Below are positions 16,901-23,126 of a stretch of 32,000 nucleotides of DNA, in pieces. Every line of letters starts with the position of its first letter. Within the stretch, counting starts at the first letter, position 1. The DNA is from Nostoc sp. CCY 9925. GTDB lineage: Bacteria > Cyanobacteriota > Cyanobacteriia > Cyanobacteriales > Nostocaceae. A program made the position numbers and the translations under genes. Where the stretch lies: the NCBI RefSeq assembly GCF_963920935.1, contig NZ_CAWUDO010000034.1:49138-81137 (forward strand), in the 5' to 3' direction. The notes beneath the pieces are model-generated. The model made no database searches. It was not told where the DNA came from and was given only the letters and a program-made list of their open reading frames with translations.

Positions 16901-17690
16901 GAACACTTTTTTAAATGACAAAATTGTCAAAGTAGAAACTTTAGAAAAACTATTAAATCAGAGTTGTGAATGGTTGCAGGGCTATTTACCATATGCAGCT
17001 GATATGAGTAATGGCGACGTGAGCGTTCGAGTTAGCCAAAGCCAAAATCGGATGCAAGAAGTTCGTCAAATCTGCGGATTTGCCTCAGAAATAGTACCTT
17101 CTCAAACATCAACTACTACAGTGAGTAAGCCTTCTAAGACCGGAATTGTAGTAGTTATTGACCCTGGACATGGCATGACCCCAGACACGGGTTCGAGAGG
17201 CATTTATGAACTGCGAGAAGAGGATGTAGTTCTACCTATTAGCAAAAAAATAGCAGAGATTTTAGAGCAAAGTGGTGTGTCGGCAGTACTAACACGGGAT
17301 GCAGAATATGTCTCGTCTAGCGTCACAGACAGCCTCTCCTATAGAGTAGAAATGGCAAATCGAGTTAGCGCAACCTTGTTTATTAGCGTTCACGCAAATG
17401 TATTCAACGGACAAGCTAATGGTATTGAAATATATGCTACTTCAGATGATAGTAAGCGTCTAGCTGAAATAGTTCTTGATAAAATTATTAAGGTTAGTGG
17501 CTTATCTAACAGGGGAGTAAAAAATACTGGTTTTTATATTTTAAAGAAAAACACTATCCCAGCTATTTCAGTACTAACAGGTTTTATCGATAATGCAAAA
17601 GATGTTGCTGTATTAACTAATCCAGATTCACAAAATAAGATGGCCGAAGCGATCGCTCGTGGTATTCTCCAGTATTTAGGAGAAAAGTAG
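13962..17690 (+). CDS. Multidomain protein: AAA_35-type STAND-like NTPase, one hydrophobic helix, K/A/Q-rich coiled coil, 7-bladed WD40 propeller, and an Amidase_3-type N-acetylmuramoyl-L-alanine amidase
   Basis: [24 protein letters not shown]...[12 protein letters not shown] (Walker A at nt 14100-14108) and [10 protein letters not shown] (Walker B). Hydrophobic helix [24 protein letters not shown] (nt ~15318-15383). Seven SPDG...(S/T)(S/A)S(D/G)(K/N)T(A)RVWD WD40 units (nt ~15960-16835). C-terminal domain VVVIDPGHG...LFISVHANV...GIEIY...[12 protein letters not shown]...[13 protein letters not shown]. Confidence 0.85.
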   Translation: MTQYQYQVGGSLPQDALTYVRRQADYDFYEGLKAGEFCYVLNSRQMGKSSLRVQVMKQLQEEGFACAAIDITAIGTADITPEEWYAGVIDTLVGSFNIYNEFDLDTWWTENGLLSPVQRFSKFIETVLLKIITAKIVIFIDEIDSILSLSFNLDDFFAVIRDCYNRRADYPDYHRLTFALIGVSTPSDLIQDKRRTPFNIGRAIDLTGFQLQEAQPLAQGLAEVGDSQELMRVVLEWTGGQPFLTQKVCKLLVQRGLETRDWGLATGDWVEELLRQRIIENWEAQDEPEHLKTIRDRIMRSGEQRTGRLLGLCQQISQQGEIVADDSPEQTELRLTGLVVKREGKLRIYNRIYAEVFKQEWSEKILAKLRPYSGALNAWVESERQDESRLLRGKALQDAQEWTVGKSLSDLDYQFLAASQELEKRDVQKRLEAEEQARQVLAKANHKANQRIQIGSVVLGLAVVGVIASLILAQYQLGQARQAQADVNKAESDRKQAIADQQQALERVKKAESDGKQAIADANKAKKQQEQALARAKKTDDDAKKTRTEAQQSVLAAQSKSKIAREQLQKALKATELAERKKQKAEASQKQAEAKTQITREGAKLEGLFVQALAQFELDRVKALLAAIKYGNDFKALLEKNHLQTLDFEANPVLALQIIFENMPQVLRHQYPVTSASFSPDGQYIITTSSDNVGHLWKMGRQIYSLKGHQGIVYNASFSPDGKYIVTTSSDKTARVWDLTGQQISILKGHEGMVWSANFSPDGKYIVTTSSDKTARVWDLTGRQISILKGHEGMVWSANFSPDGKYIVTASGDKTARVWDELTGKKIALFREHKSAVYSASFSPDGKSIVTASGDKTVQKWEWKQYLQEKEDPQTPSKESEEKKWGITLDDIVWSASFSTDGERIITASRDGTARVWDLTGKEITTLKGHHGTVWSASFNRHGQRIVTASSDKTALVWLQQEQNALNNYLSSANDESKKENTFLNDKIVKVETLEKLLNQSCEWLQGYLPYAADMSNGDVSVRVSQSQNRMQEVRQICGFASEIVPSQTSTTTVSKPSKTGIVVVIDPGHGMTPDTGSRGIYELREEDVVLPISKKIAEILEQSGVSAVLTRDAEYVSSSVTDSLSYRVEMANRVSATLFISVHANVFNGQANGIEIYATSDDSKRLAEIVLDKIIKVSGLSNRGVKNTGFYILKKNTIPAISVLTGFIDNAKDVAVLTNPDSQNKMAEAIARGILQYLGEK
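16116..16361. repeat. Two near-identical 123-bp tandem units (41 aa each) inside the WD40 region
   Basis: 16116-16238 and 16239-16361 both encode [23 protein letters not shown](Q/R)[18 protein letters not shown] counted only about six nucleotide differences by eye. Confidence 0.9.
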
Positions 17691-17758
17691 ATAGTTAACT
17701 CAAATGGGAATACCCATCGATGGGCTATTGTGGAGCGATGCCTGCCACAACACTAAGC

Positions 17759-18859
17759 TTAAATTTCTGGCTGCTGCGTTGATGTCCGTGTCTCCCGTTC
17801 AAGAAGAGTGCGTTTGCGTTCCACGCCCCATCGATAGCCCGACAATGCGCCGTCATGACGCACAACACGATGGCAAGGAATCGCTACTGCTAAGGGATTT
17901 GCACCGCAGGCTTGGGCAACTGCCCGAACTGATTTCGGCAAACCGATGGACTTGGCGATGTCCGTATAGCTTGCCGTCGAACCGTGCGGAATCTTCTGTA
18001 ACGCTTGCCACACGCGCTGCTGGAAGGCAGTACCGCGGATATCGAGAGGCAAGTCCAGCCCCAATGCTGGCACTTCAACAAAGCCCACAACTTTCGAGAC
18101 GAGTTCCTCGAACTCGGCATCGCCACCGATGAAATTGGCCTGTGAGAATCTGTCTTGCAAATGGCGTGTTAGTGCGTCTGGTTCGTCGCCCAGAAAAATG
18201 GCGCAGATCCCGCGATCGCTTTTGGCAACGAGGATCGATCCCAAAGAGCATTCGCCGACAGCGAAGTGTATGTCTGTATCAGCGCCACCAGCGCGATAGT
18301 TTGAAGGTGTCATACCCAATACTCGATCTGATGTTTCGTAGAACCGTCCGTTGGAATTGTATCCGGCGTTGTAAATTGCCTCCGTCACCGTACCGCTTTT
18401 CTTGAGCGTTTTCCGCACGCGGTTCTGGCGATGAGCCGCCGCGTATTCTTTCGGTGTCAGTCCAGTAATTGCCTTGAACACACGGTGGAAGTGATACTTA
18501 CTCAATCCCACATGCTTTGATAGTTGTTCCAGACTCGGCATCTCCTGAGATTTCTCAATGAGTCGGCAAGCGATCGCAATTTTTGCTAGCTGCTGTTCCT
18601 TCGCCGAGTCCCGATCCGGCTTACAACGCTTACACGGGCGGAACCCAGCTTTCTCGGCATCCTTGCAGGTTGCATGGAAGCGCACATTTTCCGGTCGCGC
18701 CAGACGCGCGGCACACGATGGACGGCAGTACACGCCGGTAGTCTTAACTGAGTAGTAGAATTTGCTATCCGCCTGAGGATCGCGAGCGACAACGGATACC
18801 CAACGGGCATCGTTCTCCGTTACCGCTGCCAGTTGGGCGTTTTTCGCTGAGATGTTCAT
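17759..18859 (-). CDS. ada: Bifunctional Ada: methylphosphotriester-DNA methyltransferase/AraC-type regulator fused to O6-methylguanine-DNA methyltransferase
   Basis: N-terminal Zn-Cys domain (YYSVKTTGVYCRPSCAARLARPENVRFHATCKDAEKAGFRPCKRCKP). AraC HTH (LEQLSKHVGLSKYHFHRVFKAITGLTPKEY). C-terminal MGMT domain with the active site IPCHRVV. Confidence 0.93.
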   Translation of the reverse strand: MNISAKNAQLAAVTENDARWVSVVARDPQADSKFYYSVKTTGVYCRPSCAARLARPENVRFHATCKDAEKAGFRPCKRCKPDRDSAKEQQLAKIAIACRLIEKSQEMPSLEQLSKHVGLSKYHFHRVFKAITGLTPKEYAAAHRQNRVRKTLKKSGTVTEAIYNAGYNSNGRFYETSDRVLGMTPSNYRAGGADTDIHFAVGECSLGSILVAKSDRGICAIFLGDEPDALTRHLQDRFSQANFIGGDAEFEELVSKVVGFVEVPALGLDLPLDIRGTAFQQRVWQALQKIPHGSTASYTDIAKSIGLPKSVRAVAQACGANPLAVAIPCHRVVRHDGALSGYRWGVERKRTLLERETRTSTQQPEI

Positions 18860-18970
18860 ATGCGTTCGTTTTAACGATTCGCGTTCAGAATACTAATCTA
18901 ACAGCGGTTCTTGTTCCCAACACTCCGCTTCTTGCTTTCAAATTCGTGTGGGTTTGGAGAGACTACAGAT

Positions 18971-19021
18971 GTATACTAGACCTGCTTTGAAAATAGGAAC
19001 TGGGGATTGGGGACTGGGGAA
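18971..19021. repeat. Solo copy of the GTATACTAGACCT repeat end followed by an STRR1 array (ACTGGGG-type heptamers)
   Basis: gtatactagacctgctttgaaaataggaactggggattggggactgggga. The first 13 nt equal the left end of the element at 19594. Confidence 0.7.
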
Positions 19022-19138
19022 GAAATATTTTCATTCCTTCGTTGTGCTCGCGTAGCGTGCGCTTTGCGCTCACCGTGTTCATGGAGTCTCTTGCAAAAGT
19101 CCCTAAACCCCACCCACAACCCCTCTTTGCTTGCAGGG

Positions 19139-19521
19139 CTACGGTGTACACACATCTGTGTAGGAAACCAAAATCCTTGTAGATCCGTCATTATCCTCCT
19201 TAAAAAGGAGGACTTTGAGAGGTTTTTGCCCGCCTTTCCAAGGCAGGGCTGTTTCATTTTATTTCAAACACAATTTGTCAAGATGGTCAGCGAGAAAAAT
19301 TGTAAGTGAGAGTGACGACCAGATGAACTTTTAAGCACTTAAACAACAGTAAAATTGTTCATTTTATCGGCACGTTGGTAACAAAATAATCAATCTTTAA
19401 TTGCTATAACCCTTGATTTTTCAGGCTATTTAGGGAATGAAACAGCCCTGCTTGGAAAAGGGGGGTTGGGGGGATCAAAAGTCTGCGGGGCAACTCTAGA
19501 AGACTTGTGTGTACACCGTAG
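19139..19521. mobile_element. MITE-like element: long imperfect inverted repeats flanking a 177-bp unique core, with no transposase
   Basis: The outer arms ctacggtgtacacaca (19139-19154) and tgtgtgtacaccgtag (19506-19521) are exact reverse complements. The inner arms are tttccaaggcagggctgtttcatt (19235-19258) and aatgaaacagccctgcttggaaa (19436-19458), which match 23/24 with a 1-nt indel. Confidence 0.6.
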
Positions 19522-19593
19522 GCTTGCGGGGAGGGGAGCGTTTGCTGCCTTCAAATGCGGAGTGGGGTTCTTTATTTTTGATTTATGCAAGAT

Positions 19594-19732
19594 GTATACT
19601 AGACCTCTTGCAAAAGTAACTTTTGCAAGAGGGGGGAAAGGGAAAAGGTTAAAGGGAAAAGGGTTTTTATGAGCCGCTTTCCCCTTTACCCCTTACCCTT
19701 TTCCCCACTTCTGCAAGAAGTCTACTGTATAC
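19594..19732. mobile_element. 139-bp palindromic MITE-like element with GTATAC-terminated inverted ends
   Basis: The left end is gtatactagacctcttgcaaaag. The reverse complement of the right end is gtatacagtagacttcttgcagaag. Internally, a G-rich arm ggggaaagggaaaaggttaaagggaaaaggg faces a C-rich arm cccctttaccccttacccttttcccc. The element ends 10 nt from the stop of the TPR gene. Confidence 0.7.
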
Positions 19733-19742
19733 CCCACTTTCA

Positions 19743-21587
19743 TTAGATATCTTGCTGATATTCTTCTAATAATTGCGGGATGTAATCATAGCCATCTACA
19801 CCAATAAGGGCAATGATTTTAGAGCGATGTTGCTGTAAGAATTTTTGGAAAACTTCTGCTCCTATTTGTCCCTGTAAAATTGTCAGTAACCCTGCTGGTT
19901 GACGCCATTCACGAGAAGCAATTTGGTTCAAAAGATACATTCCTAAACTACCTGTGTAAATAGTTTTCTCGGCATTTTGTAAATGATAATAAGCTTCTCC
20001 TAAATAAGCTAAATTCCGTCCTTGGAGATACAAATCACCGGAAAATTGCGCTATTTTAAAACCTTCTTCCAGGTATTTAATTGCTGTTTCGTGTTGTCCA
20101 ATTACTAAATAAGCAATTCCTAAGCTGCTGACACATAAGGCTTTACTTGGAATATCGCCTAATTTTTCTGATAACTTTAAACCTTGTTCCAAATAGTTAA
20201 TCGCTGATTCATAGGTTTCTGGTTCTATGTTTTCCAGTTGCTGAGCCTGCATGACTTCGCTGTAGCCTAAATTTACCAGCGCGTTTGCTTCTCCTGTTTT
20301 ATCGCCTGCTTGCCGACTCAGTATTAATCCTCGTTGACTATAGTTAATTGCCTCGGCATAATTTTGCTGTTGTACGTAGGTACGGCTGAGGTGGTTGAGA
20401 TTGGCAATTTCACAGGGGCGATCGCCTGCACTCCTAGCTATCTCCAAGGCCTGCTGGTGAAAGTCTACAGAGCGCTGATATTGTCCCAAAGCACGCTGAG
20501 AATAACCTAAAAGTGTCAAAATCCGGGCTTTCTCCTGGGTTCCATCCACAGTTCGCAGTGGTTCATCCAAATAATCTAGAGTGTTGCGGAGATAACTGCC
20601 AGAAAAGGAGGCAAAAATGCCGCCGTAAAGGGGAAAATATGAGCGTTGGGCAAAGGTTCGCAAAATCTGGAGCATAATTTGAGAACAAGCATCGCTATAT
20701 CCTGCACCAATGCTCTGAAAACCGCTTGCTAACTGACTCCAAATCACTGCGAAGGTCAAAAAAGTGGAAATGGACAACCTTGGCCCGGCTTTCACATCGT
20801 AAGCTTGTTGGTCAAACCAGTTTATTAAGCCCCGTTGCAAATATTGTAAAATCAACGCCATTTCTACCCAATCTCTGAGGGTGATACCCCGCTGCTGTTC
20901 GGCAAATTGAATTGCAGATTCCTCCATCGCTAAGGTGCGAAACAGCGCTTGGGGTAACTCACTATTAACTTGCTTCGCCCAACTCGCCCAAGGGCCGCGT
21001 TCACCTGGTACACCGCCAAATCCTAAAGATTCTCTTTGCTCATACATCCAACTGAGCAAATTCTCTTGTAGGTGTTGCCAAGAAGCTAAACCACGGGTAA
21101 TACCTTCAGAAAATTGTTGTAAATCGGCATCTAGCTGGGCAAATTGCTGTAATGATTTTGATAGCTGCTGTAACTGTGGCAAATTTAGCGGATACTTCTG
21201 ATTGGGGTCAGTGACACGGACAAATGCTGCCAGACGCTCATTAGCAGAAGCTGTAGTAATTTCTGTAACTGCAAAAGCGATCGCTTCTGTGGCTTTGTTT
21301 TGCTCTTGCCAGCGTTGCCATTGAGTTTGAATGGTTTTAATGGCTCTCAAACTGCGAGTAGCTTTAGCTTTTTTAAGTTCGTCTTTTTCGCTATCTACTT
21401 GGCTTTGGAGAACATTTAGGCGATCGCTCAAAGCTAGCTCAAACACTTCCCCTGTACCAGAAGTGATGTTTTTAACCAGCATTTGATACACCTGTTCCAC
21501 AGAGCTAATTTTGCCCTTGAGGGTAGTTTCGACAATTTCATCGATTAAGGCAAGATAGCGATCGCGCAATGGCAGAGAGTCTGACAC
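19743..21587 (-). CDS. TPR-repeat protein (helical N-terminal region and a C-terminal array of TPR motifs)
   Basis: 614-aa ORF. The C-terminal ~270 aa show repeated 34-40-aa A/Y/L-patterned units (ALGQYQRSVDFHQQALEIAR, NYAEAINYSQRGLILSR, YESAINYLEQGLKLSEK, HETAIKYLEEGFKIAQ, NAEKTIYTGSLGMYL). Confidence 0.75.
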   Translation of the reverse strand: MSDSLPLRDRYLALIDEIVETTLKGKISSVEQVYQMLVKNITSGTGEVFELALSDRLNVLQSQVDSEKDELKKAKATRSLRAIKTIQTQWQRWQEQNKATEAIAFAVTEITTASANERLAAFVRVTDPNQKYPLNLPQLQQLSKSLQQFAQLDADLQQFSEGITRGLASWQHLQENLLSWMYEQRESLGFGGVPGERGPWASWAKQVNSELPQALFRTLAMEESAIQFAEQQRGITLRDWVEMALILQYLQRGLINWFDQQAYDVKAGPRLSISTFLTFAVIWSQLASGFQSIGAGYSDACSQIMLQILRTFAQRSYFPLYGGIFASFSGSYLRNTLDYLDEPLRTVDGTQEKARILTLLGYSQRALGQYQRSVDFHQQALEIARSAGDRPCEIANLNHLSRTYVQQQNYAEAINYSQRGLILSRQAGDKTGEANALVNLGYSEVMQAQQLENIEPETYESAINYLEQGLKLSEKLGDIPSKALCVSSLGIAYLVIGQHETAIKYLEEGFKIAQFSGDLYLQGRNLAYLGEAYYHLQNAEKTIYTGSLGMYLLNQIASREWRQPAGLLTILQGQIGAEVFQKFLQQHRSKIIALIGVDGYDYIPQLLEEYQQDI

Positions 21588-21697
21588 TTTGGCTACTAGG
21601 AAACGTCACGTCAATTCTAATTCTAGTCTTCGGAGTGGAGAGTGTGGGGAGATGGGGAGATGAGGGAGACGCGGGGACACGGAGAAAAAGCTAATGA

Positions 21698-22990
21698 CTA
21701 ATTAATTCCTTTTAATAGATAAGTCATCATTTCTCCTTTACCTTTAACTTTAATTAAACCTCGTTCTTCCAATAGATATTTATGTTTTAGAAGCTGATAA
21801 CTTGCTTCACAAACTTGGATACTACCAGCTATGCCGTGTGATTCCATGCGACTAGCTGTATTGACTGTATCTCCCCAAAGGTCGTAGGCGAACTTTTTCA
21901 AACCAATTACTCCTGCTACTACTGGACCTGTGCTAATGCCGATGCGAATGCGAAAAGATTGGTTATTTTCTTCATTAAACTGAGCTACAGCATTTTGCAT
22001 ATCCAACGCCATGTTAGCTATGGCGATCGCATGATTATTAGATTGATTTGGCAACCCAGCAACGGCCATATATGCATCGCCAATCGTCTTGATTTTTTCC
22101 ACTCCATGACGTTCTGCTAACTGGTCAAATAAACAGAATATTGTATTTAATAAATCAACTAATTCCGCAGGAGATGTCCTAGCTGAAAGTTCTGTAAAAC
22201 CAACAATATCAGCAAATAATACAGTAACTTCCAGAAAACTATCAGCAATAGTTGTAGGCTGTTGTTTTAATTGTTCGGCAATCATCGCTGGCAAAATATT
22301 TAGTAGCAGCCTTTCTGATTTTTGCTGGGCTACCTCCATTGCTTTACGGGCGTCGAATTCATTTTTTTGTAATCGTTCATATAAATAAACAGAAAAAACA
22401 CAAATTATGCAAGTCCAAAAAAAATATATGCCGCTTTCAACATAATGAGCTAAGGGATTTTCTAGTGTCGGTTTATATAATGTATATAAAACTAGATAGC
22501 AGAAAAGTGTCCCAATTTGCGATCCTAAATGCATCCACCATTTTACTGGTATCAGTGTAGCTTGAGTTAAAAACATTAAATTCCAGAGATTGTTTGTCGG
22601 TTCAAAATCATTAAATAGCAGCGCTATATCAATTTGAACAACACAAGTTACAGACCAGCATAAGCTTAAAAAAATTAAATCTGGATGACGGCGGCCTATG
22701 GAATTTTTACATAAAGCCCAACAAATAAAAATGAATAATTCAACTATAAAACCAATCTTAAAAGCGTATATTTTGCCTTCTACCTGTGAATTTATCCAAA
22801 GGAAAAAAGCGATTAAAGTCAAACCAGCAATCAGCATAATCTGAGCCTGCAATTGTAGTCGCTTGAGCAGGAAGCGCTGTCGCTGTTCTTTGTAGGATTT
22901 GTCAAAGTTATTGCTTAATTGCCAATGGGGCATCCCTTGACTCATGAGCGCATCTAGTTGAGTTTTGTCAGAGTTATTTGGATGAATCAT
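21698..22990 (-). CDS. Membrane-anchored class III adenylate/guanylate cyclase
   Basis: The N-terminal ~220 aa are polytopic and hydrophobic. The C-terminal CHD domain reads VTVLFADIVGFTELS...KIKTIGDAYMAVAGLP...IRIGISTGPVVAGVIG...YDLWGDTVNTASRMES. Confidence 0.9.
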   Translation of the reverse strand: MIHPNNSDKTQLDALMSQGMPHWQLSNNFDKSYKEQRQRFLLKRLQLQAQIMLIAGLTLIAFFLWINSQVEGKIYAFKIGFIVELFIFICWALCKNSIGRRHPDLIFLSLCWSVTCVVQIDIALLFNDFEPTNNLWNLMFLTQATLIPVKWWMHLGSQIGTLFCYLVLYTLYKPTLENPLAHYVESGIYFFWTCIICVFSVYLYERLQKNEFDARKAMEVAQQKSERLLLNILPAMIAEQLKQQPTTIADSFLEVTVLFADIVGFTELSARTSPAELVDLLNTIFCLFDQLAERHGVEKIKTIGDAYMAVAGLPNQSNNHAIAIANMALDMQNAVAQFNEENNQSFRIRIGISTGPVVAGVIGLKKFAYDLWGDTVNTASRMESHGIAGSIQVCEASYQLLKHKYLLEERGLIKVKGKGEMMTYLLKGIN

Positions 22991-23027
22991 GCACTTTTTA
23001 CGTTATTAGTAATCAATGGACTAGAGA

Positions 23028-23120
23028 ATGGGGCATAGGGCATGGGGCATAGAGAATAGAAATAATTACCGATGCTCAATGCTCAATGCTCAATGTCCAA
23101 TGCCCAATGCCCAATGCCCA
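23028..23120. repeat. Palindromic STRR arrays (ATGGGGC/ATAGGGC facing ATGCTCA/ATGCCCA heptamers)
   Basis: atggggcatagggcatggggcat ... atgctcaatgctcaatgctcaatgtccaatgcccaatgcccaatgccca. GGGCAT is the reverse complement of ATGCCC, so the two arrays can pair. Confidence 0.85.
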
Positions 23121-23126
23121 ACAATT

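Noticed and set aside
17704-18810. Five ORFs overlapping ada on both strands (17704..18132, 17890..18126, 18142..18405, 18558..18755, 18586..18810)
   Set aside because: They are Arg/Pro/Ser-rich translations typical of shadow ORFs in GC-rich DNA. The - strand frame at 17759..18859 encodes a complete, motif-bearing Ada and explains the region.
19058-19065. TGCGCTTT (AAAGCGCA on the - strand), an apparent Ada-box about 200 nt upstream of ada
   Set aside because: It lies in the loop region of a gcgctttgcg-type hairpin repeat that also occurs at 25915-25926. It is too far from the ada start and lacks the full AAANNAAAGCGCA context.
18963-19672. ORFs 18963..19151, 18976..19257, 19007..19309 and 19466..19672
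   Set aside because: They run through heptamer arrays and the inverted-repeat arms of MITE-like elements. They overlap one another and have no recognisable protein features.
23028-23126. N-terminal extension of the helicase ORF (MGHRAWGIENRNNYRCSMLNAQCPMPNAQCPTI)
   Set aside because: It is encoded entirely by the palindromic heptamer arrays. The XPB-like sequence starts cleanly at MARTPTLTF (ATG 23127).
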